From the NCBI GenBank assembly GCA_030141605.1, contig JAQGDQ010000003.1:434001-498000 (forward strand): a stretch of 64,000 nt of DNA. Direction: 5' to 3'. Positions 1-15,000 of this stretch are shown piece by piece; the first letter of the stretch is position 1; every line of letters starts with the position of its first letter. The notes under the pieces are model-generated. The model was not told the origin of the DNA. It worked only from the letters and a program-made list of their open reading frames with translations, and did no database searches. The stretch is from Tubiluchus corallicola. Taxonomy: Eukaryota > Animalia > Priapulida. The translations under genes and the position numbers were made by a program.

Positions 1-3000
1 ATGCCTGCCATTATTAAGCTACCAAAGCCTTCCTGGTGTGAAAATGCATAACCGCCTTTTGCTGATGTTTCCCTTCTCAATCGAACACTTCTGCTGGGCT
101 GCAAGTGCATGTCCATAACAGGTTTAAATACACACTGCTTCAGACGCACCTTGTCGCTAAGAGTTGGGGATACGTCCAACTTGTAAAACCTTTAAAGAGA
201 AAGAGTCCTTAGTAGTAGTTATACTTTAGGAATCACATCAAATTTATGATGCAAAAATATGCAAATACATTTTGCCACGCAATTTTTCCTTATGAAATGA
301 TATACATTCCACAATTAAAACATACTTTTATTAATGTCAATTCTCAAAGGCTTTATAAGACAATAATGCAGCCTTAGCATTTATCAAACAAATTTTACTT
401 TATTATATTTGACTGTGTTAAAAACTATCTATTTTGCAAATTACACAGTGAAGGGCAAGAGAAAAAGTTCAACTTACCTTAGAACAACTATAGGTAGCAT
501 GAGAATTACTAGTATCAGTAGCACAGTAAACCAAGTTATTGGATAACCTAGCGTTGCCCTGGCTACTCCCATGTACGATGCGCGAACAAAATTGCTATAC
601 AACAGAAACTGAAAGGCAAAATAGAATGCGATCGATCCCCAAATGACAAAGTGGTTAAGACCAGTCCAATAAGAGGTGTCTAAAGCTATCTGAAATAGAA
701 GAAAACAATCACCAAAAGATAAAAAAGAGATGATAAAATCGATATATCTGCTAGTCGAAGAATATTTCAATATATTGAATTTAATACGTCATATAGAGCA
801 CGCTGAAATGAAAATCACTTCTCATGTTCAGCTCATTAAGCTTCCTAAGAGCAAATCATAAGCTTTTAAGTGCCACATCTAAAAACAACACCACTAGAAA
901 GATTTGTCAACAGACAGACAAGAGAGACAATAGGCCTACTCCTGCTAACTTAATGTTAGTCCTTTAGCACATTTAAACCGTCTTCTACTTGTGGCATGCT
1001 TTAGTTAAAGCTTTCTTAAGATCATGCTGCCAGACACCATAAAAAACGAGTACCAAAGCCAACTATGAGAGCATTTTCATGTCAAATAAACATTTTCTTA
1101 GACCATTATAATTAAGCCATTAAAACACTTTTGGAACCATTTACACTATCTAAAGTAAAATCATATCCAAGTTTATTTCAAGTAATGGGTTTATATTAAA
1201 CAAACAGTACGTCCTCGTTTTATCATTTCTCGTTTATCTGATGTCTTATTTATCTTCAAACCTTATGATAAAAATTAAGTTTAGTCAGTTAATCTTTTTT
1301 TAAAATGTACATCCCTTTAAAATCATCAGAATTTTCAATTTAAGCCTGTGTAGCTATGCAATATTTCCTAACTGTGATTAACAGTTTTTATATGTAAGAT
1401 ATGGTGTCATTTCGGTTATCTGAATTTTCTGCTTATGTGAAAAATACTCAACCCCAAGACATTCAGATAAGCGGGAACACAGGGTTGTACTTTTGATACG
1501 ATTTCAATTAAAATTCCATACCTGTAATGTAACGGATAATATCAGAGAAGTGGAAATGACAAATCCTAATGCTTGTACATTTGTGAGATCAACTGCATCA
1601 GTTTCATGTACCATCCACGCGTTGCTAAACGTTAAGTATGGTACAGCAAACAATACCAGGGACGAATAGATCCCTCGAAAAATGCTGAGCAGGAAAACTT
1701 TAGTGTTGAAAAACTGATTTAGCTGCCCGGGGATGTAGAGTCGAGGATACCTGAGCGAGTTGTTCTCATCCACATCCTAAAATAAAGTGTTAAGAATTAA
1801 ACCTTTAATATGAAAGTTCTGGCAAACTTTGTCATAATTAAAAGTGTCACCAATGTTTTCTATAAAGTCTTTAAAGCTGAAGAATATAAACGCTTTAACA
1901 GTAAATGTCAAACACCATAAAATGTATACTAATATTGCAAAGCGTAAAAATATAACATCAATTGTCAAAGAGCCATAAGTGAAACATTTGCATGATCACG
2001 CTAATATTTACAAAATTTGGGCAATGCCAATTACATTAAAAATACACCCAAGAAAGAATAAAACTCCTATAACAGTATCATTTTGACTCAACAGCTATTC
2101 ATGTCTCACAAAGCGACATTTATGTCAATCATATGCTTCAGTCAACTTTGAAATTCAACTAAAATTTGGGTAGTTAAAAACACAAGCTATTTTGTTTCAC
2201 TAACTTCCATAGGTAAAACTAAAAACAAACTTGACATGTCACTATTATTTAGGTAAATCAGAAAAAAGTCAAATGACTATTTTATAACGAAAAGATTGAA
2301 AAAACTTACCTGGTCGAAAATTCCTAGCGCTAAGACAGGTTGTGATGTGTAGAAAAGATTATAAAGAGAAATAAACCAAGGATCAAACACCGTCTGCAGT
2401 TAATACAAACCAAAATTAATGTACAATATTTATAATTATTATGCAACAGAAATAAATTCTTGAATTGTGAGGTCACTAACGCTGCCACACAAAAATCTGT
2501 CAAAAAAAGTAGTATATTATATACATAGCATTAACAATTACTGATGAAAAACTTGATAATTTATGACTGGATGAAATTACACAGTAGGCATCATTTATCA
2601 AATTCACACTTAATAGAATCAGTCGCCCAGCTGGCTCAAAAATATCTGGTATGGGCCGTTCCTATTCAAATGTGTATATAAAAACTGTCGGTAATTGAAT
2701 CAAATAACTCCCCATAATTGACCCAATATTTCTGCTTTTGCGTGATGAAAGAGCTTTTATCAATGTTTTTATGTCATCTTTATTTCCGTTTTGTGCAATT
2801 AGCGTATTTATAAACAATCATGTTAAGTACTATTTTGCTTGTAAGCAGGTGCATTTATCACGCACTGATATGCTAGTGTAGCGTTTTTTTAATCTGCCAC
2901 TCATTTGACAGCTGCAATTAACCTTGTTATATCTGAAAGCTAAACTTAATCACGTGCCCAATGCTTTGTTTTCAAAATCCTGCTGCTTTTCACAGGAGAA

Positions 3001-6000
3001 ACATGGTCATCACCAACTGTAGCTCAAGCATTTCATGCACTAGGTTGTTTTGAGTGAACACGAGTAGGATACAGCAACAGCTTTTCAACATTTTTATCGG
3101 TATGGGAACTTTATAAACCAACTTCTTGAAATGAAGCAATCAACCTTGCAGGATTTTTTTTATGTTCTTTTTATTGACTCACTTATATAAATTAGTATTC
3201 TTAAATAATTGCGCGTATTCCTAAATAATTGAACATGGGAATATTGACATCAATTCATTCCTAAAATTCGTATAAGCCTTTGCAATGCATGCTAGGCTGA
3301 TGAGTGATGACTCATACTTTTCCTGAGTGATGACTCATACTTTTACAGTAATACTACACGTGCCGGATAATAGATTCAGTTGGCTAATTGGGTCTAAACA
3401 CTTTTGTCCCAAAGTGATCCTGCCAAGCTGCACCTACTGTACATAATAAAAAGCTTCTCTACAATGCAACCTGACTTAAAATGACTGGCAGTGTATGCCT
3501 TTTGTAACACACTCAAAAATCTGTGCAGTCACGTATAATATAATGCTAACAATTAATACAACAATGAAACTCAAAATATAAATTGCTATTCAAACATTTT
3601 CCATAAACAATACTGAGCTTTGTTAAAGTAATTTTATGTTAACATATTTAAATAGAATAAAAGAAAAGACTTAATAGAACAAGCATAGACTACCTGTTAA
3701 AGGCCAAATAAAGCGTAATTTATGAAGTTTCAATTTTACGCAAAAGCAGAAAGAAAATGCTCTAAGATTTTCCGGTACTTTTAACTTTTTCTTGGCGACC
3801 TATGTAAGAGGAAATCGTGTGTGAAAGGATCATTTCCCCAGAAAGTCTGAAACTTGATTTCGCATGTTTTACTCATTAAATGATACCAGCAAAATTCTAT
3901 CCTTAGGTACGGCAGCATTTGCGCTTGGTTATCACGTTACCTTTCACTGTATAGCATTGTTTACAATTTCAGTATCACAGAAATGGCGAGATATCTAAAG
4001 AAGTTTTTTTGAAGTCACACGAGTGAAAGCAAACAAAATGTTTTTGGGGGCAACTTCGATGCCTGATTTGATTAGGAAAGAAGCAATAACTAATAAAATT
4101 AAGTTACTTTTAAGTTAAATTTTAAGTTACGGTTAACTTTTTTAATTAAAGAAAACTTGTTTTCACTTTAAATTTGACCTGTTAAGCTATATTTGACCAT
4201 GACTGTAATTAAATTAAAATAACATTGTTGTCTAATATACGTTACTAAAATCAATACCAGTCGTATATATTGTTAATAATATCACAAAAAAGTAACAAAA
4301 TAACAAATTAGTACCTGCGCTGAGTAACCACAGAAGAACGCAAACCAAAATGAACATAAGGTAAATGCAAAGTTCTTGTAGAAAAAATAGTCAAGAAATT
4401 TGCACATCCGATAGTACGACCATCTACCATGGACCAGAAGCATCCGTTCCAAATAGGAGAACTGGGCCAAGGCAAAATCCGAAGCAAGAACTGCTTGCAT
4501 TCCTTCTTGACCACTAATGCCAACACCTATATGGGCAGCTAAGAAACGAAAATATCAGAAAGTAACAACACGGATAAATTGTTTGCACATTTACACATAG
4601 TTGCAAATATATATGAACATACATGTGTGCTGTGATTATGAAAAAAAACTCATTGAACATGACCAGGTCACCACGAAAAGTCACTGGGATGGTTTCCTAA
4701 ATAAAACAATTTTGATTTTCTAGCAAATGAATAATTAAGAATTATCAAAGATGTCCCATTGCTCAGTTACTTATCCCTTAGCATGCTGAGCCCTAAGCTT
4801 ACTAGTCTCCAGCTTTTTTGACTTCAGTCACATACAATCAGTGCTCACTAATCAAATCCACAGCAAAGACATACGTGTTAAAGTACTTGAATTTAATTAT
4901 TATAATTATGACAGTTTAACTTATATAATTTTTGGCTCACAGTTCTAATTAGTAACTAATTATAAAAATATCAATTTAATAAATATTTACAAGTTTTCCA
5001 CTGACTATTACTTCTAACAAGCTGCCAATAAACATCATTTCTGCACATTTCTCTGCAAACCAATACATAGTGTTGTATGTATGTATGTATGTATGTATGT
5101 ATGTATGTATGTATGTATGTATGTATGTATGTATGTATGTATGTATGTATGTATGTATGTATGTATGTATGTATGTATGTATGTATGTGTGTATGTATGT
5201 ATGTATGTATATTCCTAGTTTGACTTTAAAGAATACTTTTGCTTAATTTTGGTGTCTGAAACCAGAGTGATGACAACATTTAAATTACAGTAGTCTCTTG
5301 GTAGTTTTGAATACAAAACCATAATTAAAAACTCAATTATCATGAAAGAATTGCAGCAGTGACTGTTCTCCAGCTATTTCTTAATGATACACTTACTAGG
5401 GCACAATCTTCATATGCAGGGAGTTCAAGGTTTGAACCCCACCTAAAGAAACCAACTTTTAAGCACACCTTTCGATAAGGAAGAGCATCTCATTCTGAAG
5501 ATCGAACAAACTTGATACAAAGTTTCACTCGCACAATATAATTTCATAACTGCACATAGTTATTGTTAGTACAGTGTAATTTACAGATAGTAAGTGCTCT
5601 ATTTTCACAAAACTGAAAGCATGAATTATAAACACACCTTTAATCATGCTGACGTCATTAGCACCATCTCCAATAGCCAATGTTACAGCTTTTTTATATT
5701 TTTTAACCAATTCGACAACAAGAGCTTTTTGTAGTGGTGTCACACGGCAGCAAATCACAGAATCGCATTGGGCACTGATTTCCAAAAACAAATGTTCCAT
5801 CTGAGGTTGTAACGCAAATACCTAAACAATCAAGTCGTTTATTAAATTAGGCAAAACAAATTTCATGTCTTAGTTGAGAGGAATGAGACTCTATGCTGCA
5901 GTAAATATTAACTTTCCAATTCCAAATTTGTTAGTGTTGGTTTCCTCAAAATATAAAGTGTATCACTACTTGTAATTTACACTTATTTATGTTATTTGTA

Positions 6001-9000
6001 GCACTCAGTAACTGTGTGATTTTATTTTATTTGTTCACTGTACTTTTTCTAACAATACATATAAGCTCACTGATAAAAGCACTATGAGGCTTGCAGTAGT
6101 TATTTCTTGAACTGGCTTCCTTAAGTACAATAGTTGTCAGGGAAAGAAAGCAGGTGTCCTAAAGAGCCTTTTTTAGAGTCTAACTCTAACAATATAATCA
6201 TTTGTTTAAATTTCGTAGGCAGATAAATTCAAATAAACATTGAAGATTTTGCTATGGCCTGAAGAGCAAAAAAAACTCACTTTGTATCTTAGAGGTGGTG
6301 CTTTGCTCTCTTTCAATTTGCTTAATATAACCAGAAGAATTTTACTTATGATCACAATAGTAAAACAATAATTAATTACTCTGTATTATAAATAATATAT
6401 GGTAAGTCAAGTAGACTTACTAGGCTATGCCCGTTGATCACTAGTGCAAACATTTTGTCATGCGTGTTTCCTTTCTTATCACTTTTCTCATCATCTTCCG
6501 CTTGAATGGAAATACCGTCAATGGCGGGATCCGGGGTGAACTTTACTTTGGTTGTGGTATTGTTATCACCTACATGAGATTTTCTCAGATACTGTTTTAA
6601 CTTTTTCTTAATGTCCTACAAATACACAAAAAATAACATAGTTAACTCAAACGTATATACTTTTATTTTATGAGCTAAAACTTTTAGAGAACATTGTATT
6701 ACAAAAAAATGTAACGTAGAAGAAGCAAGTCTGTCAACCGATAAAGCAGCGAGAATAAATCTTAGCTGATGTTCTCAATAATGTAATGGCTCTGTTTTTC
6801 AAACTACAATCCATCACAAATAACTTGGACCAGTTCTTGCAGAATGTTGCTATATCCTCTGCCATTACAAAAAACTGGTAGTTTTTTGATCGTGTCCCAC
6901 AAAAACAATGATGATGAAGCGCGATGGACTGACCATTTTTGATATAGGTCCAATTTGTGTGTAAGTACTATTGGGCTTCAAAGCAGAACTTGTCACATTT
7001 TTTTACATGTGACCGTCAAATGCCCCGAAGGTCATTATATGGCTTCAATTGAATTAGCCGTGCTGGACTACCTAAAAATTGCATTTCATTTTAGTGAAAT
7101 CAGGACTTCTAACTTTTTGACCATATCGGAGTCAGAGATCAACCAGTCTGTGTGAAACTTATATCATTCAATTCATCTCAGCGAATTTTTCATTTGATAC
7201 ACTACAATTGACTGTTGTCCGACATTGGAAGTATTGATTTCCCCAACCCCAATTTTAGTCTCGGATACATAGTATCGGAAAATAAAGAAGCACTATCTTT
7301 GACCTGCGGTGACCGGTCACATATAAATATGAATCCCCTTATATGGTGAGTGTACCTGGTAAATTTCATAACCATAGCCTTTCGCATTGAAGAGTTGTGT
7401 TGTGGTCTTTTGGACAGGACTAACCACTTTTGAATATTGTTGGAATGGATAAAAAATTATATAGAATACTATGTAGTTACATGTAACTGCAGTTCAGTTT
7501 CCTGGAATGATGTTCCATCAACGATAAATATATCGAGCATGTCTTCTCTCAACAACCGACAAGCATAGCCAATATTAACTGCTGTCTCTATAAATGAAAA
7601 ATCCCTACCTATATATAACAATGGCAACGAACAGAAGAGAGAATAAGGATTTAAGCACTATAAATACAGTACAATTGTCTAAGCACTTATCATGCAACAC
7701 AGTGTGCAATAATACAGTGCTGAGCTATTCAAATATAGTAATAGAGTTCTCATATGTACCCACAGTCAAACCTACAGTCAAGTAAAATGGATTGAAAGAA
7801 TTCTCCAATTACAAACATATTTATTGAAACCGACTTACACTTAGAAATATCACAGTATACCACAATATTAAAAAATGACTTTACACTTGGAAATTATAAG
7901 TGTGTCATTAGTTTTAATTTGCCATCTTAACCTCAAGCTAAAACACAATAGGAGTAAATACATTCTAAGAACATGTGCACTAGTGCACAGTGTTTTTCGA
8001 AATGTCTCCTTTATTCAAAACAAATATATATTCCCTGTTAAAATAATGGTATGTGTGCAATACCTTAGAATAAGTGAAGCTTAATGTAAAGAATGCATCA
8101 GTGAGTTGGTACAATAATAATAAACATTGATAGTAATTCCAAACAGCTGTCCATAAAAAGAAAGATAGTCTATCCACTTGTTACCTTGTTTATCACCAGT
8201 TAAAACCCAAATCTTGATACCAGCTTCTGCAAGGTGAGCAATGGTCTTTGGAACTCCATCCTGAAGTTTGTCTTCAATAGCAGTTGCACCGGCAAGAATA
8301 AGATCAATTTCAATCTCTTCTTGAACAGCAGTGACCATCTCATCCCTGTTTTCTAATGAGGTCCTGGCAAATAAAATAAGTGGTCTTGTTTCACAAATGC
8401 ATTTTCTATGCTTTGGGCAGTTAATTAGTGTGCCATTGCTGAGCCCACTTTAGAAAATTATTTAGAAAAATTTCATGGCTGTTTTTAATTCCTCTTGCAT
8501 CCATACAATCAGTCTAACTTTTTTGTTATCTTTTTTGTTTAAATGCCAGGTTTGAGTGTAATTTCCTCACAATGAGACAGAACCCCTAAAAAGCTTATTT
8601 TTTAGCCTAACAGTGAAAATTAAATTCTCTTCTCGGGCGTTATCAATGTTTTCCAATGTCAGGCTTAAAACCAAAGCAAAGTACTACAAGTTCTAAACAT
8701 CAAAGGAAAGCTAATGATCTAGTAAAAAAATGAAGCGAAAGTATAATCTACAAATTTGTTTTTCATCATTCAATCAGTCAACACAGAAAATTGCCAGATT
8801 AAATTTACATTTTGTCAGTCAATTATGTGTTTTAAAATGCATTTTACTAAAAGCCCAATGCCTCCAGAGCTTCTCCCACAGCATACGCATTTGTGAACCA
8901 CTAAACAGTTCCAAGGCAAGTCTTTTCAGAAAGTAATTAATAACTATTTACATACAAATGCAGATTTGTTGTTTGCAAGTACTGTAGTTATTTGTTTGAA

Positions 9001-12000
9001 CCATGTATCACTGTGTTTCACAGATCCACATCTACTGTGTCAAATTATCCAAAAATAATGAAACACAATCATAGATACGCAAATGGAGGTATGCTAAAAC
9101 TTCCTATTAGCTGTTAGAACTTCATTTTAGCTATTAAAACTAGCATATACATTTGTATAATTTTTATTTACTATTTTATTTTATTATTTTCAGAGTATTT
9201 GAGAAAGTAGATGTGGATATACAAAGCATATCAGGGTTCAAATAAATAAATGTAAAGTTGACTCATAAGCAAGAAGGGAGAAGTACATATGGATTCCAAT
9301 ACACAGATTCAATTTTCAAAACTAAGCAAAACAGTAAATTAAAAATACATACGAGGCTTCGTGATGCCTTTCTTTCCATTTTAGCCATGTATCCTTTGAA
9401 ATTTCTTTATAAGCAAGGCACAAAGTTCGCAAACCTTCAGCTGCAAACCGCTGAAACCAATAGTAAGACCATAAGCCACAAGCACTAACAGATAGTTAAG
9501 ACTAACATTATTATAAATTACTTAAAAAGTATCAGATATTACAACTAGTTATTGTTAGTAACCACTGCTTAAGAATAATTTTAGTAAACTATGAATGCAT
9601 AAAACACACTGTTTAATAAAAATTGCACCACCTCTGCACTGAGTTTGTTCATCTATCTGTCAAAGTTTGTTCATCTATCTGACACTAATAAGAGACCAAC
9701 CACAATGATAAAACTTAAAAACAAAAATGATGGAAATTACATTTAAATGATCGGTAGTTGTCTTCTTGAGTAATTCAAGGTTCTCGCCAAGACGCTCGTA
9801 TATGACTGTATCAGCTCCTTTACATAACAACAAAATTCTATCATCTCTTTGGACTATCACCTAAAAAGATGCAAAAATTTAATTTGTGGATATTTTAAAT
9901 AATCTATGAACTATTGAAATCACCATTTCAGTGCCGTTCATTTTAAAAACAATCTGGGTATGGATGATGTTTTTATATTTAATTAGCTGTTAACTTATTC
10001 ACTGGCACGTTTATAAATTTCCAAAAATTGCAACATTGTAAAATTGTGCTATTTTACTACATCGTTACTTCCAAATTTACACCTGCCAATGGATTCCATT
10101 TTTTTAATATTACCATATTTATCGAGTGACCTATCTTGTGGTTTCATATTCAATACAATACACTTCCGCAGACAATTTAAAAGTTTTAAACCTGAACAAA
10201 AGCACATTATTACTTTAGTTTAGTTTAGGTAAAATCCTTCCTGCATGTGTGTATGGTTAACCTACACATAAGTATGTGTAACAAAGATAATTGAAAAGTA
10301 AGAAAATACTCACAGACATTCTTTTCCTAACATTATTAAAATCTAAAATGCATAGAAGGTCATACACTTCTTCTTTTCCCAGGACTTCTATAGTGATAGA
10401 AGTTGGAGTTCGAGACTAAAAATAAAAAAATTATCCGCCTGTTACCCACACTTTCACTGCTAATGTTTTTGCATATTTTATAAGTAATCATTACCTTATT
10501 TAAAAAAGAATCTAAGGTTTTTGTTGGCACAGAAGCATCATAACATCGTAAACAAGGCTTTAACCATCAAAACAAGTGCTGACCACAAAAGGCTATAAAA
10601 CAAAAATGTAGACCACAACAGTGTACATCAGTTTTCGCTCCACATGTTGAGACAAAATGCCTGTTATACCAAATACAAAACTTACTGTTTCTCAACTAAG
10701 TGTGAGAAGAAATCATAGCTAAACTTATATAATAATCAGTGGCCAGAAATTTAGACACTCAAAATCTTTACAACTGTTATGACCCGCCTGCCGATTTTAA
10801 TTTAAGCGCCAGGTTGGCTTCTCACCTGTGTTCTGTATTTGCTTTTGACCTAGTTGGTTAGAGTTGTTATTGAGGTGGAAGTAATGTCGGCTGCTCAGGA
10901 TGACAGCCCTGATGTTGGTTTTGTTAATTTGTGTTTACTGGCAATAAAAAGGAAGTAATGTTTCAAATGCATCTCCGTTTATTCACCATGTTTTGTGTAA
11001 CCAATTCCAACTCATAACACAACAAATAGACCAAGTGGCTAAATTCTTTACACAGAGCCCTTTTTAATTCAAAGTTACATGCTACAAGCTACACGCTACA
11101 CTTAATTTCCCAAATAAGTGATAACAACTTGGTGAAGTATAATAATTAGTTTGCACCTTTAATTACAAAACTAGCAAAGAAATTTTGCGTACAAATCCAT
11201 TTATAATCACTCAACAAAGTGTTTATTCATTTACCTAACGCAAAGCCAGTAGCAGCGTTTACTGAATTAAAGTTATAGACAGAGTACAATGGAATGACGT
11301 CAGAACAATGCAAATGTCACTATAGCTTCTAAGCGAGAATCGTCCAAAACTGATGCTCTGATCAACTCATCACAATTCCTCTTGGTGGAAGTGATCCCAA
11401 AAGTGACCCACATTGTTGCATAGCCACATTCATCTTCTGTCCAAAGAGCTATACATTTCCTTCCAAGAGTCCCACTAAGCACGACTACAATGTTTTTTCT
11501 ACAGGCTGCTCAGTCAAAATTTTGAAAAAAAAAAACGACATTGGGTCCGGGAAAACGCCTGTTGCGGGATGCTGTAGGCCACCTGCAAATTCTTATATGC
11601 CTTCTACACCCGCCGCTGAACAGGCTACTCAACCATTGCCCGCACAAACCCTAGCCTATTCCCGAACTCCAGAAATAAAAGGCGTAAGTTTTGCAAAAAA
11701 CAGGCAAAAAAGGGTCATTTTGGAGGTTTTTCGCCCGACGTTAATCCATTTGGGCCCAATTAAAAAATAAACCATCAAATAGGCAACATTACATCGAGAC
11801 TTCTTATTTGACATATATATAGCGCCGAAAATGATGCCGTCATTGAAGTTGTAGTCTCGACTCTAATAATTATATATATATATATTATATACTATATATT
11901 ATATACTATATATATATAGTAGATGAGAAACAAACTTACATAGGCTCAGCATTATATAGTTCTGATGAACTATAGTAGTTCGAAGTTTCATTTATATTAC

Positions 12001-15000
12001 ATAAACATTAAGTGAGACAACAGTTTATACTCTTAAAGGTCAAACCTTCTGGGAAGTGAAACTTATTCAATGTTCACAAAAAATGGTAGTAGGATTTAGC
12101 AATAAAAATGTGATGAGCACGGCGTGTAGTTAGAGCCTCGAGTAATCAGGAGAATCACTTTAAAGTCGCTTTCATTTCACCCTTGGCCATTCCCATTTTG
12201 AACGCCCAATCTTTCACCAATGACATCGTTTACTGGTTGAAGAAAAGCAGCGCACTGTCAATTTCCGTCAATATAATAAGTTTTGACAAAATAATTAGAT
12301 CACTAATTTTGAATATTTTGCAGGAACATTAGGTAACCCGCAAAAGTTTGAATTAGTTTAAACAGTGTGTGCTTACAGAAAGCCACGATGCACTTACAAA
12401 AAGCCATGAACTCCACCAGTTGTGTCAATTTTCAAGTGAATGGCAATTACCACAGTGCCTGAAAATTTCTATTCAGCGATAGTATAAATTAACTTTATAG
12501 TTTAGAGATAGGTTTTGTGCAAATTTCTTTGTTATATTTTTCCAAATTTGAGTGGTAACAGTAAAACAAATCTAAAATGCTAAGTGACTAGTCCTTTCCT
12601 TTAATCATAGTGAAAAGCAACTATGAGAAATGCAGACAATCTTCACTACACAAATATTCACAGTAAGCACAAAGTAATTTTTGCTGTTCCCGATGGTCAT
12701 TCAGAAAAGTGGGAATTCTGCAACTCAGTTTAAAGTACAAAAGCAGTAAATGGTAGTTAGAATTTTATGTATAAAGCTTCCTTAAACAAATCAGCGCTGC
12801 CACTTTCACATTACACATAACAGTTTAGAATGGAATAATAGTATAGTGTAGAAATGTCAGACTAAAAAAACTGTACAGCAAGGAATAAAGTATGCGAAGA
12901 CTGCTTGATGAACTCTACACACTGTTTCTATACTGAAATCACGATTTGTTGGTATATACGATACAATGTATAATGTAGTCCTTTTAACCAATGATAGCAC
13001 AGAACACTTCAGCATGTATGTTAGTTTATTCACTGCTTGATATAGTTAACAATTGCAGTTTCAGTTATAAATCAGATTTTTTTAGCTCCTTCAGGACTGC
13101 ACCATTCAAAACAGGTCTTATAAGACCTATAACTTTTCTGCTATTGTATGAGCACATATATGACTAAATGATTACAAATTTGGTATTGTTCTATTCAGGA
13201 GAATCTTGGTTATCCAATCATGCTAGTTATTTAAGTATTTACAAGTGATTTACTTGCACAAAATTAAGAAAAATGCCCTCTTCAGGTATTCCAAGTTAAC
13301 CTATTGAGTAGCTTAGTCTGGTGTACACTTGCGTGATTGTACACACTATTTTATTGATCGCCTGCTTGGCTGTGAAGAGTTGTGCTGCTATTACAGGAAA
13401 AACCAACCGATCAGCCAAGGACAAATTAAGGTTGTTTCATCTTTTAATAGGAATTTCTCCTTAAAAATAGAATAGACTTGAGACCAAAGTGTGTCAGAGT
13501 GTTGTGCTAGGATAGTTGAAATTTTCTGCGCTAGCCGATTTCACACAAGTGCTATTGTACATTGTTACAGTGCAAACACAGCAGTTACTGAAAGCTTTTT
13601 TCAATTTTATCATCAAAAATCGATTTATAATGTTGCATGAAAATCCATTGAGTGAGGAGTAGAAAAAATAAAAATTATCGAATATATCATAATAAAGGGC
13701 AATATAATAATCATTTATTAGAAGTAAGTCCGTTATATTACAATTATTGAAGCCAATATAATAAAGGCGAAAGTTTTTTTAATAGATAAAAACTTTTTTA
13801 CCATTCCTGTTACAGAAGTTGCTTAGTAAATTTAACTTTCTTGTAGTACTGTCGAGCATTTTTATGTTGTTTTCGATGTATCAATTAGTTCAATCCGATT
13901 GTTAAATAGTTTGCAACTCCAACACTGCTGACCTGACACATGTGCAGTTCAATAGTGAAAGCTAAACGTGATTTGCGCAAATACCATAACAATCATGGCC
14001 CTCAGGAAATACAGAGATGTTATTATGTTTTAAATTTAAAAAATACATGACCTTAACTTTGAACTACTTAAAATTACATGTAAAATTGGCGAGCATATAG
14101 AGTCCAATTAAAGATATAGGTATGTATTAAATAATCTGGAAAAATAGGCATATAGACCCAAATCTGACCACGAAGGCTTGTACATTTTCCTAAAAATATC
14201 TGTACGTGTAAGGTTATTCAGTATGCGAAAATGAAAATACTGTTTTTTTAAAGTTGTTAACTCTGCCCACCATTATGATGTGTATAGCAGAACTTACCAA
14301 AAATACAAAACCGAAGTTTCTTGCTGCGGACACCAAAGCACCTTCATCTGGTGACTGTGCCTGGTATTCCAAACTGCCTGCAAGTGCAATAATGATGTAA
14401 AATAAAAAACAGGCGTGAGGTTATAAGCCTGTTTATCGAACATTTAAAAAAAACTTCAATCAGTATCCTTCTTTCATTAAAAAACTTTTAATTAAATAAG
14501 GTTTCATTAGATGAGCATGCCTTCACTATTGCTACAAGCGCAAATGTAAGGCTATCTCTTTATGTCACTTAGAACCAGTAAAATGTTGATTCCTCAATGG
14601 ACTTAAATTACTAAATTGAAACATTTTTTGATTTTACAATATTAAAAGAGGTTTTGAGTTGATAAATTAACCTGTCTGCCAAATTCATTTCTTTAGCAAA
14701 TCAAATTTACACTAATTTCCAAATATTACACCAACAACCAATAAAAAGATCACAAGTAAGAGGTCATTAGCAACATACCAAGAACAAATCTCAACGTACC
14801 ATTTTTAACTTCGGGCATCACAGTATGACATAGGGCAAGCAGTCTAAAAAACATATGAACATCTTTATTCTCTGCATGGACGGCTGTTAGAAGACTTTCA
14901 TCGTAGAATGTAAAGGTTTTCTCAAAGTATGGGTTACTACTAAAGTCCACTTTTTCCATTTTCTAAGTAAAAGCACAGAGTTATTATAAGCAAAAATTAA

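Noticed and set aside
5380-5445. tRNA-like sequence (also near 31770-31830 and 52690-52800)
   Set aside because: Only A- or B-box-like remnants with no cloverleaf; these are SINE heads.
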